Source: Fibrobacteria bacterium (lineage in GTDB: Bacteria > Fibrobacterota > Fibrobacteria > UBA11236). Taken from it: a stretch of 64,000 bases of DNA. The position numbers and the translations under genes are program-made. The notes below the pieces were generated by a model. That model worked only from the letters and a program-made list of their open reading frames with translations. It did not search any database and had not been told where the DNA came from. The DNA is taken from assembly GCA_043745805.1 (NCBI GenBank), contig JAYTSD010000040.1, positions 1 through 64,000 of the forward strand, written 5' to 3'. Each line of letters begins with the position of its first letter. Position 1 is the first letter of the stretch. Below are positions 1 to 9,972 of the stretch, in pieces.

Positions 1-171
1 GAGGCCCATATTGCAATGTGTAAATGTTGCCATGAATATGTTTTGCTTTATCGATCCACTGCCAATGTGGAGGTATTTCAAAAACTAAATCCACCTTCAA
101 GTGAATTCCTAGATAAAACTTTATCCTTTTTGAAAGCGGAAGGATTGTTGGATGAGGATAAGTTACCCTAA
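1..171 (+). CDS. 3' end of a zf-HC2 (ZAS-type) anti-sigma-factor-like small protein, truncated by the window edge
   Basis: Not in the ORF track. Frame 1 reads EAHIAMCKCCHEYVLLYRSTANVEVFQKLNPPSSEFLDKTLSFLKAEGLLDEDKLP* and contains the HxxxCxxC zinc motif (HIAMCKCC). Its TAA at 169-171 overlaps the convergent bioA end. Confidence 0.65.
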   Translation, partial: EAHIAMCKCCHEYVLLYRSTANVEVFQKLNPPSSEFLDKTLSFLKAEGLLDEDKLP

Positions 172-1494
172 AACTTCTTGTATGGCGGCGATAGTAATAT
201 CGCGTAATTTTTCGATCACATTGGATTCAACATTTAGCGGCAGTAACCAATAAATAGTATTACCCAAAGGTCTTAATAAAGCACCGCGGCGTATGGCCGC
301 TTGATAGACTTGATAGCCAATTCTTGCTTGGGCCTTTTCGCCTGGTACAGCTAAGTCGGCGGCGACTAAAGCACCGAGATAGCGAATATTTTTTAAATGT
401 CCCGTTGCGGAACCAACTAATTCCATTTGCGAATGTAAAAAACTTTGATTACCCTCGACTTGCGCAAATAAATTTTCTTCGGTATAGATTTTTAAAGTTT
501 CTAAAGCCACGGCAGCCGCTAAGGCGTTGCCCGCAAAAGTGTTGGAGTGCAAAAAAGCTGTGCCCGAAGTATAATCCCCATAAAATAAATTATAGGTTAA
601 CGTAGAGGTTAATACCGCAGATAAGGGCAACCAGCCTGCAGTGAGGCTTTTGGATAAACAAATAAAATCAGGCTGTATGCCTGCATGTTCGCAAGCTAAG
701 GCTTTGCCGGTGCGGCCAAGGCCGGTCAATATTTCATCGGCAATGAGATACACATGATGCGCTTTTGTCCACTTTCTTAAACGACGTAAAAAGTCTGCAC
801 TATAAATGAGCATACCGCCCGCCCCTTGCAACAAGGGTTCAATGACAATGGCACACAGATTTTCCTTTTGGACGTCTAATTGTTTTTCTAGAGCTGGCCA
901 AAATAATGAGCAATCAGTCCATAGAGGATCTGCCGGTGACGTTACATAGGGAATACCCTTAAGGAAAAATACTTCGGTTAATAATTCTGCATAAGGGTTT
1001 TTATAAAGTCCTAAATCACTCAGTGATAAGGCCATTAAGCTTTCGCCATGATAGCCATTCTCCAAGGCCATGAATTTTGTACGCTGAATTTGACCGCGTT
1101 GCTTTTGGGCCTGTAAACTCATTTTCACTGCGATTTCGACTGCCATTGATCCATCGCTAGCATAAAATACTTTGTCTAAACCGGGTGAAAGCTTTGCGAG
1201 TCTGGCGGAGAGTTCCTCAATGGTTTGATTGGTGGTATTGGCTAATAGCACATGCTCAAATTTTTCAGATTGTTGTAATAAGGCTTGTTTGAGGCGAGGG
1301 TGGCCATGCCCTAAACTTTTACACCACCAACTGGATACGGCATCGATAATATGGTTGCCGCCTTTTAAATGCAGGTTACTACCCTTTGCGCCTATTATTT
1401 CTAAAGGTGGAAAGGAGGAGTAGTCTTGCATCTGTGCGCAAGGATGCCAAAGGAAATTGCTTTGGTCAGAATAGGGGTTGGTGTATTCTTTCAC
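163..1494 (-). CDS. bioA: Adenosylmethionine-8-amino-7-oxononanoate aminotransferase (DAPA aminotransferase)
   Basis: Motifs LWHPCAQM, DAVSSWW, SDGSMAVEIAVKM, YHGE, IADEILTGLGRTG, PLP lysine in LSKSLTAG, and HSNTFAGN. Confidence 0.95.
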   Translation of the reverse strand: MKEYTNPYSDQSNFLWHPCAQMQDYSSFPPLEIIGAKGSNLHLKGGNHIIDAVSSWWCKSLGHGHPRLKQALLQQSEKFEHVLLANTTNQTIEELSARLAKLSPGLDKVFYASDGSMAVEIAVKMSLQAQKQRGQIQRTKFMALENGYHGESLMALSLSDLGLYKNPYAELLTEVFFLKGIPYVTSPADPLWTDCSLFWPALEKQLDVQKENLCAIVIEPLLQGAGGMLIYSADFLRRLRKWTKAHHVYLIADEILTGLGRTGKALACEHAGIQPDFICLSKSLTAGWLPLSAVLTSTLTYNLFYGDYTSGTAFLHSNTFAGNALAAAVALETLKIYTEENLFAQVEGNQSFLHSQMELVGSATGHLKNIRYLGALVAADLAVPGEKAQARIGYQVYQAAIRRGALLRPLGNTIYWLLPLNVESNVIEKLRDITIAAIQEVLG

Positions 1495-1579
1495 AGAGAG
1501 AATAATATTTAATTTCAGTGAGGTTTGTGAATTATGGCCCGAAGAAATTAAGTACCATTCTGTCGACTCTTAAAGGACT

Positions 1580-3007
1580 CTAGTCCAACAAAAACAACGA
1601 ACCTTTTTTCTCTTGCAGGATGCCTTTTTCAGAAATCACCTTTAAGGCATAAAAATACACGCCGGATTTAATTGCTTTCGCACCAAAATTCCAGTTCAAT
1701 TTGGAATCCGCATCAAGCGTTTTGATTTGATCAAAAACTTGTCCTTGGCTATTGTAAATAGTTAAAGCTACTGACTTGGCTTTTTGATTGCCTAACATAA
1801 AATGCAAGCTGGTTTGGGAATATGTACTAACAAAATTAACGGAAGGACCAAAATTAGCATTGCAATTAATATCATTTACCGAAAGTACGCCAGTGTATCG
1901 AATTCGTTGCACCGTACCTTTCCACGGAGGCTGATCACCTTCGATTTTTAATGCGTACAAGGCGCCATCTATAGGACTTACTTCGAGTTGAATTACTTTG
2001 TCAGTTGTTTTATCAAAGACATTCAGGGTACCATCACTACTTTTCGTGGCAATTTGAGTGGTATTGTAATCTGCAAAAAAGTAACTTGCACGATACTCTG
2101 AGGGAAAACTGTTACCATAATAAAATGTGCCGCCCGTAATACAACTATAAAATAACCCAGAACCGTGCGGTAAATTAATCCAAGGATTTTCCATACCAGC
2201 ATTAGTACAATTACCTTCACAGCCGCTTTCATAACCAAAGTTTGCGCCTTTTTTCAGTATGTCTACTTCTTCAGAGCCACCTTCTCCCACATCATTAAAA
2301 ACCACTCTGTCATTTACTGTGTCGGTTGTTCCTGAAAAAGGTTCTCGAAATCCAAGCGACCAAATTTCGGGACGTGTGCCGGGAGTTTTTACAAAAGGAT
2401 TATCGACTGGGATCACATTAGGGTAGGAAGCAGGATTGATGCGTAAAGCCTTACCATGTAAGTTACTTGGATCTTTGGATCCACCATGGGCAGAGCCGAT
2501 ATAAAGCATTCCGTCTTTACCAAAAGTTAACGCTCCTCCCTGATAGCCACCAATGGAGAGGCTATCCAATAAAAGGATTTCACTTCCAGGCTCCATAATA
2601 TCAGGATTGGTTTTGCTGGAAGTCAGACGGGTTACTTTCATAATCAAAGTTGGGTTGGTTCCTAAGTAGTGAACATATACATATCCGTTTTGAGTAAAAT
2701 GAGGATCCAAAGCAATACCCACCATTGATTCGCGGTGGCCTGCAGATGTATTTAATGTCGCAAAAGGAGTAGGTAACAATAGACCATTTTTAATAATTCG
2801 AATTTGGCCATTTTGCTGATTAACGAATAAACGTCCATCGGGGGCAAAGCGCATCGCCAAGGGTGAAATCAGACCCGTAACCCAAGCGGTACGTTCAAAA
2901 TTTGTGGGTAAAGCAAATGTTGATTTGCAAGTTATTAGTGCTAATAATCCAAGTGCAAGGACGTGACCAAGTTTAAATGAACGGGTGAATTGATTTTTAT
3001 TATTCAT
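1580..3007 (-). CDS. Secreted PQQ-dependent glucose/sorbosone dehydrogenase-family beta-propeller with a T9SS-type C-terminal domain
   Basis: Signal peptide; FAPDGRLFV, ALDPHFTQNGYVYVHY, GGALTFGKDGMLYIG, IPVDNPF, EIWSLGFREP; C-terminal TIYNSQG...SGVYFY tail. RBS GAGGG upstream. Confidence 0.8.
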   Translation of the reverse strand: MNNKNQFTRSFKLGHVLALGLLALITCKSTFALPTNFERTAWVTGLISPLAMRFAPDGRLFVNQQNGQIRIIKNGLLLPTPFATLNTSAGHRESMVGIALDPHFTQNGYVYVHYLGTNPTLIMKVTRLTSSKTNPDIMEPGSEILLLDSLSIGGYQGGALTFGKDGMLYIGSAHGGSKDPSNLHGKALRINPASYPNVIPVDNPFVKTPGTRPEIWSLGFREPFSGTTDTVNDRVVFNDVGEGGSEEVDILKKGANFGYESGCEGNCTNAGMENPWINLPHGSGLFYSCITGGTFYYGNSFPSEYRASYFFADYNTTQIATKSSDGTLNVFDKTTDKVIQLEVSPIDGALYALKIEGDQPPWKGTVQRIRYTGVLSVNDINCNANFGPSVNFVSTYSQTSLHFMLGNQKAKSVALTIYNSQGQVFDQIKTLDADSKLNWNFGAKAIKSGVYFYALKVISEKGILQEKKGSLFLLD

Positions 3008-3201
3008 GTTACCCTCAATATTTCTAAAGAATTATTTTTTGGTAATGTACGAATGAATGAGGATATCTTCATAGAAGCGTTTCTATCCAAGCCAGCGAAC
3101 ATTACTTTAAGGAAAGTTAGCCTGAAAAGGTCTAATATTACGGAGCAATTAACTCCCTAATTATTCTACACTTGAGGAAGGAATGGTAAAATTTAGGGTA
3201 A

Positions 3202-3783
3202 TTATTTCTGCATATAACTAATGAGTACAACAAAGCCTATAAGAAGCCCTAAGATCAAGACTTTTGAACTGATATCCTTCCAAGCATTTTTGCGACTTTG
3301 AGCCTTAGCTTCATTTTTTCCTGCCTGCGATTCTCGATTAACTTTGAAGCTGGGACCTTCTTTCTCCTCCACAAAAACTTGCTGAATATTTTTTTTGCTT
3401 AGGCAAATTTTAGCATAAACATCTTCTGACGACTTTTTTTCTAATGTGGCAAGTATGAAAAGGGAATCACCAGCCGTTTTTAAAAATGTGAATTGGGAAA
3501 CTTTAAATCCATTGATTTGAAATGCATCATAAGGAATTTTGTTTTTTGTTTTTGCGACATCAGGCTCATTAATTTTAATGACTTCTTTATATTCACTATT
3601 CATTTCATAATTGCTTAAAACGGAAGCGGTGGTTTGCAAATAAATATTGCGATAGGGCAATAAGCTGTCTGGTTGTACAATTACCATTTCTTCAGCGAAT
3701 AATGACAAGGGGAGCAGTAATAAAAATAAATTCAATAGCCTAAATAACATGATTTTCGCGGCCCCATAATTAAAGTTTTCCAT
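3202..3783 (-). CDS. Hypothetical exported protein with a C-terminal membrane anchor
   Basis: N-terminal signal-like segment (LLNLFLLLLPLSLFA) and C-terminal hydrophobic helix (VLILGLLIGFVVLISY). No recognised family. Confidence 0.6.
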   Translation of the reverse strand: MENFNYGAAKIMLFRLLNLFLLLLPLSLFAEEMVIVQPDSLLPYRNIYLQTTASVLSNYEMNSEYKEVIKINEPDVAKTKNKIPYDAFQINGFKVSQFTFLKTAGDSLFILATLEKKSSEDVYAKICLSKKNIQQVFVEEKEGPSFKVNRESQAGKNEAKAQSRKNAWKDISSKVLILGLLIGFVVLISYMQK

Positions 3784-3863
3784 AAGATGTTTGTATAAGG
3801 TAGTCGCCCATAGGTTTTTTTTCCATATCGATTATTATTACCTAAAGAAAATTAGGAGTCTTT

Positions 3864-4283
3864 ATGCCACAATGGGTGTTATTCGCAATACTTGCCGCTT
3901 TCTTTGCCGGACTAACTTCGGTATTCGGAAAATTTGGGATTAATCGCATTAATGCTGATGCGGGATTATGGATTCGTACTGTGGTGGTATTTTTCTGGAC
4001 TTCTATTTTGATTTTGCCGTCTAAGGCTTATCGTGAAATTCCTTTAATTGGAAAACGCGATTTGTTGTTTTTGATTTTATCCGCTACGGCTACTTGTTTG
4101 AGTTGGATTTTTTATTATCGGGCAATGAAAGATGGATTACTTTCGCGTGTGGCGGCAATCGATAAAGCAAGTATTTTGGTAACTATAATTTTCTCTTTAA
4201 TTTTGTTTAAAGAACCATTGACTTTAAAACTCGCCTTGGGCGCAGGATTAATTGTGGCGGGGACTTTTGTTTTACTAAAATAA
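3864..4283 (+). CDS. Single-repeat EamA/DMT family transporter
   Basis: About 5 TM helices; FAGLTSVFGKFG, LSWIFYYRAM, IDKASI, LFKEPLT; RBS AGGAG upstream. Confidence 0.85.
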   Translation: MPQWVLFAILAAFFAGLTSVFGKFGINRINADAGLWIRTVVVFFWTSILILPSKAYREIPLIGKRDLLFLILSATATCLSWIFYYRAMKDGLLSRVAAIDKASILVTIIFSLILFKEPLTLKLALGAGLIVAGTFVLLK

Positions 4284-4287
4284 CCGG

Positions 4288-6126
4288 CTAATCTTTAAAT
4301 TCCCTAATCACCTGCACAAACTCCACGCCATAGCGATCGAGTTTTGATTCCCCAACACCCGATATTTCTCGCATACTCGTGAGCGTAACGGGTAAGTGAC
4401 GGCACATTTCTTGTAAAGTTTTGTCGGAGAAAACCATATAGGGTGGAAGATTTTGTCTTTGAGCTAATTCTTTACGTAAGCTGCGGAGCTTTTCAAAAAG
4501 TGGCGAATTTGCGGAGGCCGTACTTGCTGATGATGAGGATGTTTTTTTAGTTTTTTCTTTTTCTCTAAATTTCAAAATGGCGAATTCCGCTAAGCCTTGT
4601 AATAAGGGCGCGCAAGCTTCAGTGAGTTTTAAAATGGGATAAGGGCCGCTGTCTACGGCTAGTACATTGCGGGCTACTAATTCACTAACAAGAAAGCGCC
4701 AGAAATCCTTGGGCCGATGTTTTCCTACACCATAGGTTTTAAGGTTATGATGATTTAACTCTTGGATTTTTTGTGTTTCCGCGCCAAGTAGAACATCAAT
4801 AATATGTCCTCCACCAAAACGTTCGCCGGTACGTATCACTGCGGATAAAGCCATTTGCGCTTCACGTGTGACATCTTCCGTTTCCGCCATGCCTTTGCAT
4901 ATATCACAGGAGTTACAATTATCTTCAGGATATGTTTCTTCGAAATAGGCAAGCAATTGCGACCGACGACATTGGCAACGCGAAGCGAAATGGATCATTT
5001 GTTGTAGTTTGGCATTAGCCCTTTCTTTTTCGGCTCCGTCGGGCATAAGCTCTAGAAAATGACGTAACTTAGGAATGTCCCCACCGCCGTAAAAGAGTAA
5101 GCAATGTGAAGGCTCGCCGTCGCGTCCTGCACGGCCGGTTTCTTGATAATAGCCTTCCAAATTTTTAGGTAAATCGGCATGTAATACAAAACGTACATTA
5201 CTTTTATCAATGCCCATGCCAAAGGCAATAGTAGCCACCATCACCTGTACTTCATCGCGATTAAAAGCCACTTGATTGGCCTCTCGCTTCCCTTGATGTA
5301 AACCTGCATGATATGGTAACGCTTTTATTTTTTGGGCGTTTAAAAATTCAGCCGTTTTTTCTACGGAATCGCGTGATAGCCGATAGACAATACCTGGTTC
5401 ATCGGGATGTTGACGTAAGAATTTTAAAATTTGTGTGTCTACATGATTTTTGGGTTGCACTTCATAAAATAAATTGGGGCGATTGAAGGAGGCCCGCACA
5501 ATTAAAGGTTTATGCAGTTTTAATTTTTTTAAAATATCATTTTGCACCGGCGAGGTGGCCGTAGCGGTAAAGGCGCCAATGGGTGCATCGGGGAAATGTT
5601 TACGAATGCTGGATAGCCCTAAATAATCGGGCCGAAAATCATGTCCCCATTCCGACATACAATGTGCTTCGTCAATAGCGAAAAAAGAGATTTGAATTTT
5701 TTGCAAGGTTTCCACAAAGGAACTTAAAGCGAAACGTTCGGGAGAAATGTATAAGAGATCTAATGTTCCACTATGCAATTGCCTATATACGCTTATGGCC
5801 TCCGTGGAGCTTAAGGAACTATTAATATATGCCGCTTGTAAATTATTTTCCCGCGCAGCATCGACTTGATCTTTCATTAAAGAAATAAGCGGGCTTATAA
5901 TCACGGCAGTGCCAGTCATTACTTTCGCCGGGAGTTGGTAACAGAGCGATTTCCCTCCTCCGGTTGGCATAACTGCCATGACATCAATGCCATTGAGAAG
6001 ATGAGTGACGATTTCCTGTTGATGCGGACGGAAAGAATCGTAGCCAAAGGTTTGCTTTAAAACCGAGAGCAGCTTTTGTTCTTTCGGATCATGCGGCAAC
6101 TTTGTATCGGAAGAAAAAGAAATCAT
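4288..6126 (-). CDS. recQ: ATP-dependent DNA helicase RecQ
   Basis: MPTGGGKSLCYQ, DEAHCMSEWGHDFRPDY, QETGRAGRDG, zinc-binding CRR...CNSCDIC, RQC and HRDC (PPYMVFSDKTL) domains. Confidence 0.97.
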   Translation of the reverse strand: MISFSSDTKLPHDPKEQKLLSVLKQTFGYDSFRPHQQEIVTHLLNGIDVMAVMPTGGGKSLCYQLPAKVMTGTAVIISPLISLMKDQVDAARENNLQAAYINSSLSSTEAISVYRQLHSGTLDLLYISPERFALSSFVETLQKIQISFFAIDEAHCMSEWGHDFRPDYLGLSSIRKHFPDAPIGAFTATATSPVQNDILKKLKLHKPLIVRASFNRPNLFYEVQPKNHVDTQILKFLRQHPDEPGIVYRLSRDSVEKTAEFLNAQKIKALPYHAGLHQGKREANQVAFNRDEVQVMVATIAFGMGIDKSNVRFVLHADLPKNLEGYYQETGRAGRDGEPSHCLLFYGGGDIPKLRHFLELMPDGAEKERANAKLQQMIHFASRCQCRRSQLLAYFEETYPEDNCNSCDICKGMAETEDVTREAQMALSAVIRTGERFGGGHIIDVLLGAETQKIQELNHHNLKTYGVGKHRPKDFWRFLVSELVARNVLAVDSGPYPILKLTEACAPLLQGLAEFAILKFREKEKTKKTSSSSASTASANSPLFEKLRSLRKELAQRQNLPPYMVFSDKTLQEMCRHLPVTLTSMREISGVGESKLDRYGVEFVQVIREFKD

Positions 6127-6175
6127 TACTACAAAAGATAATTCCCTATGCGCGGTTATTATTATTTTTTAAACT

Positions 6176-6988
6176 ATGAAACTCATACGCTTTATTTCTG
6201 ATGGTAAAATTTATTGTGGCCGTTTAAATACCGATGGAACAGGATCTCCTTATTCCGATAAATCACCTGAACAGCATTTTTCAAAGTCTTTAGTATTTAG
6301 CGATAGCACTTTCAAAATCGACAAACTTTTAGCGCCCGTATTGCCATTGGATATTTTAGGGATAGGTTTAAACTATCGCGCCCATGCCGAAGAGCGCCAT
6401 GCCGAGCCGACACATATTCCTTTGCTTTTTATTAAGGCAGGTAATGTTTTAAATGATCCACTTTCGCCTATCCCTGCCCCAGTTTTAAGTTCTAAAGTGG
6501 ATTATGAAGGTGAACTCGCCGTGATTATTGGCAAACAAGCAAAAAATATTTCACGAGAAAATGCTCTCGATTATGTATTGGGTTATACCTGCGCCAATGA
6601 TGTCTCTGCTCGTGATTGGCAAGACGATAAAAAATTGGGTGGCGGACAATTTTCAAGAGGAAAAAGTTTCGATGGCTTTTGTCCCTTAGGGCCTTGGATT
6701 GTGACCAAAGATGAAATTCCTGATCCTCATGCTTTGCGTTTGCGCACGATTCTTAATGGGCAAGTGATGCAGGATCAAAGCACGGGCGATATGATTCATT
6801 ATATCCCCGCCTTGATCGAAAGCTTGAGTTCCACTATGACTTTGCGTCCAGGGGCGGTTATTCTTACGGGCACGCCCATGGGTGTGGGTGCGGCACGTAA
6901 TCCTCCGGTATGGCTTAAGGCGGGTGATGTGGTGCAAATCGAAATTGAAAAAATAGGGACGCTAGAAAATCCTGTGAGCATTGGGTAA
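6176..6988 (+). CDS. Fumarylacetoacetate hydrolase family protein
   Basis: GIGLNYRAHAEE, VDYEGELAVIIG, CANDVSARDWQ, GKSFDGFCPLGP, ILTGTPMGVG. Confidence 0.93.
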   Translation: MKLIRFISDGKIYCGRLNTDGTGSPYSDKSPEQHFSKSLVFSDSTFKIDKLLAPVLPLDILGIGLNYRAHAEERHAEPTHIPLLFIKAGNVLNDPLSPIPAPVLSSKVDYEGELAVIIGKQAKNISRENALDYVLGYTCANDVSARDWQDDKKLGGGQFSRGKSFDGFCPLGPWIVTKDEIPDPHALRLRTILNGQVMQDQSTGDMIHYIPALIESLSSTMTLRPGAVILTGTPMGVGAARNPPVWLKAGDVVQIEIEKIGTLENPVSIG

Positions 6989-7033
6989 CTTTAATGAGTC
7001 GCCATTTCCCACACCGATAAACCCTCTACAAAT

Positions 7034-7061
7034 AAAAAAGCCGTCCCTTATGGAGCGGCTT
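7034..7061 (-). terminator. Probable intrinsic terminator for the 7082-8452 gene, lying between convergent genes
   Basis: Bulged hairpin AAGCCGTCC-CTTAT-GGAGCGGCTT preceded by an A-run, which is a U-tract on the minus strand. Confidence 0.6.
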
Positions 7062-7081
7062 AGAGAATAAGCGGGTTCACT

Positions 7082-8452
7082 TTATTGCGCGACGATTTCA
7101 CCTTTAGCATCATAATTCACTTTTAAAGTATTGCCTTCGGGTCCAGTAAAGGTGGCATGATATACGCCGACAGCGAAGGAACCTTCAGCGGAAGCGCTTT
7201 TGCCATTGGCATAATTAGCCTTCCAATCAAACATTCCTGCGACGGGTTTTTCTCCATGAAGAATCGGCGTAGTGGAAATTAAATTGAATTCGGTATGGCG
7301 TTCCCAACCTAATTTTTTATCATGTTTGGCATGAATGGCATATAAGCTATCATCGGCTTCGCTTTTTAAATCGTGGCCAGGATTCATTACAAACACTACC
7401 GAAGCGCCTCTTAAAGTATCTGATTTAGTGGAGACCATTGTAGCGATGGTAACCCACAAGGTGTCATCTTTAATCATTTCGTCGGACCCTAGGCGATTCT
7501 GCATACTAACGGAATTTGTGCGACCGGTAACCAATTCTTCTTGAGTAGAAAATGAAATCGGCTCATCGCCACCATTATTTGCTATTACCCGTATTTTTGC
7601 TGTTACGGTAGTTTTTTTAACTAATGGTTTGTTCTTGGGGTTTATTTCGAAGAAGGATACTTTTACAATAGAGCTAGCTTTGGTGTTATCGGTAACAAAT
7701 CCGTCGCCATCGCCATCCAAATATTCACCCTGCGCTACAATTTCTCCGCCTTTGGTACGCGTCCATTTTGCGGCCAATAATTGATTGTCAGTATCTTTGT
7801 CAAAATTATTGTCAGGTCCCGCAGCAGCATCCATTGCAAAGTGTTCGGTTATTCCTAATTCTTCAGATGAAAAATTAATACGCACTAGATTTTTGGATCC
7901 AGGTACGGCATTAATTATGCCATCTCCATCTAAATCACTGAACTCAGCGGTTTCAATTTTACCTAATATGTCTTTGGAAACGATTTTCGCTTTAATATAA
8001 TGTTCATTATCTTTAATGGTGTCTTTAGCATTAGCATCCCATTTTACAATTACTGTATCATATTCAGTTTTACCTAAGGTTTTTTTAGTGTCATAAATAG
8101 TAATAGATCCATGAGAAGAGTCATCCCAAATAACTCCAGCAACAGGATTATCAATAGTATTCGCCGAAACCTTTAATAATGATATTGATGTAGAAGGTTG
8201 TAAAAACCTTAGTTTACTGGTTAAATCTGTAGGTAACGTGGGTGTTTCGCTTGTGGTATTTGCATTGGCCCAATCACTATTTTGATCAAGGCTACCTGCC
8301 ACTGCGGGTCCAGCCGTTTTTGCGCTAATTTCTTGGGGGGTAACGCTGAGGTCAATATTCGCATCGTCTTTCTGATTGTCGGATACGCAGGCGGTAAACA
8401 ACGCGGCGGCTGTGAGGGATAGCGCGAAGAGTTTGGTTTTAGACTTTAACAT
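7082..8452 (-). CDS. Hypothetical lipoprotein with DxDxDG-type Ca-binding motifs
   Basis: Start moved to ATG 8452, which follows SD AAGGAG. MLKSKTKLFALSLTAAALFTAC lipobox; DLDGDG and DGDGDG motifs; beta-strand-rich. Confidence 0.7.
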   Translation of the reverse strand: MLKSKTKLFALSLTAAALFTACVSDNQKDDANIDLSVTPQEISAKTAGPAVAGSLDQNSDWANANTTSETPTLPTDLTSKLRFLQPSTSISLLKVSANTIDNPVAGVIWDDSSHGSITIYDTKKTLGKTEYDTVIVKWDANAKDTIKDNEHYIKAKIVSKDILGKIETAEFSDLDGDGIINAVPGSKNLVRINFSSEELGITEHFAMDAAAGPDNNFDKDTDNQLLAAKWTRTKGGEIVAQGEYLDGDGDGFVTDNTKASSIVKVSFFEINPKNKPLVKKTTVTAKIRVIANNGGDEPISFSTQEELVTGRTNSVSMQNRLGSDEMIKDDTLWVTIATMVSTKSDTLRGASVVFVMNPGHDLKSEADDSLYAIHAKHDKKLGWERHTEFNLISTTPILHGEKPVAGMFDWKANYANGKSASAEGSFAVGVYHATFTGPEGNTLKVNYDAKGEIVAQ

Positions 8453-8709
8453 AATGACTCCTTGAGGAAGTGTGGTGGGGATAAGAAGACCTTTGGTTTT
8501 CATGATTTAAATATACACCGATTTACCTTAGTATTAAAAGTAAATATTTATATATGATTACAGTATTTGAAGCATTAAAGGCATTTTTTTCATCAAAAAA
8601 GCAATATATAGGGGTTTATTGTTATTTAAATAATTGTAAATATGATTACGTTTTGAGGAAAATAGACTAAAAATTACTGATTTATTGGAGATAATAAAGA
8701 GGATTTAAA

Positions 8710-9972
8710 TTAGCGCATAGGGTGAAAGCGCTTTTTCAAATGGGAAAAAGCGAAGCCACAGCTCATGGCCAAGGTCATAATAAAAAATAAACAAGAGAAA
8801 GTGGTAAAGTCTTCTATACGGTTAAAAATAAATAAGACTAAGCCCAATAATATTCCATAAAAAATTTCCCAATAATGAATGAGCTTGGGCATTCGTTTTA
8901 AACCCATTTCAGCCACCACAAAAGCAAGGTAGGTGAAAATTAAAAAAATCAAACCATAAAAAATTATGGGGATAAGTATAAAGCCTTGCACCACCATTAT
9001 TCCTGGTAATTGTAAAGAAGGGTAAGGATATATCTCGCTGGAAACACGAAATAGATCTATTAAGAAAGTAGGAGTATAGCGAAATATTCGTGAATAATGC
9101 GAATAAGTTTCGGGTAAAAAATGGTTTAGGGAGGCAAGTTTTTCAAAAGTAATGACAGTAACCGATGGCTTCTCGGATAAGGTTTTTAAATATTTTTCAA
9201 ATTCAACTAAAGAAAATAATCCACGCTGAGAATTAATTTCTTTGAATTCATAAGGATGAAAATAAACGGTTATAATTGGCGCAGGAATATTGGGAGATAA
9301 GTGGGCGATTTTTTGGGCGCGAGTAAGCGCTTCAAAAAGATGAGGTAATGTACAGGTTGCAGGGATATAATTTAAAGAAGACGGGGAATGAGAAGGACCT
9401 TCAATATCTCCACTGATTAAGGCAAAGCCAGTACTTTCCAAAGCCCTTAAGGTATTTTTGTCATAGGCATTCCATGGAGGGATAAAGCTGGTAATCAAAA
9501 CCCCTAATTGTTGTTCTAAAAAACTTTTCCCCTTCAACAGTCTTTGGCATTGCGCCTCATAGGGAAGTCCAATAAACTCACTAGGAATTTTGTAAGCCGC
9601 GCTTTGATGTGTTAAGCCATGCAAGGCTATTTCTATGCTGCCTTCACGGATACCTTGGCGTAACAAATCGATTTTTAAGGAGTCTAAAGGGTAGACGGAG
9701 CTTGGACTAGGGTCCCGAGGCTTCCCATTGGTTATTTCGGGGATGACACCAAAAACACATGGGGTATGATATTTTTTGAATAGCCGCAGCATTTTTTTTT
9801 CCAAATCAAGGGAGCTCAAAGAGGAGTAGTCATCATACCGTAACACCACGTGTACGGTAGATTGCCCATAACTTTTACCAATATCGCCCAAGCAGATTAA
9901 AGTTAACCCGATTAAAAATACTGAAAATGAAGAGGAATTATTTTTCATATTCTTGGAGATATAAAGAGGCAA
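8710..9972 (-). CDS. DUF2334-type (CE4/NodB-like) polysaccharide deacetylase with C-terminal TM helices
   Basis: LRYDD, FGVIP, EIALHGLTH, SFIPPWNAYD, YFHPYEF; hydrophobic C-terminus. True start may be slightly downstream (MKNN). Confidence 0.75.
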   Translation of the reverse strand: MPLYISKNMKNNSSSFSVFLIGLTLICLGDIGKSYGQSTVHVVLRYDDYSSLSSLDLEKKMLRLFKKYHTPCVFGVIPEITNGKPRDPSPSSVYPLDSLKIDLLRQGIREGSIEIALHGLTHQSAAYKIPSEFIGLPYEAQCQRLLKGKSFLEQQLGVLITSFIPPWNAYDKNTLRALESTGFALISGDIEGPSHSPSSLNYIPATCTLPHLFEALTRAQKIAHLSPNIPAPIITVYFHPYEFKEINSQRGLFSLVEFEKYLKTLSEKPSVTVITFEKLASLNHFLPETYSHYSRIFRYTPTFLIDLFRVSSEIYPYPSLQLPGIMVVQGFILIPIIFYGLIFLIFTYLAFVVAEMGLKRMPKLIHYWEIFYGILLGLVLFIFNRIEDFTTFSCLFFIMTLAMSCGFAFSHLKKRFHPMR

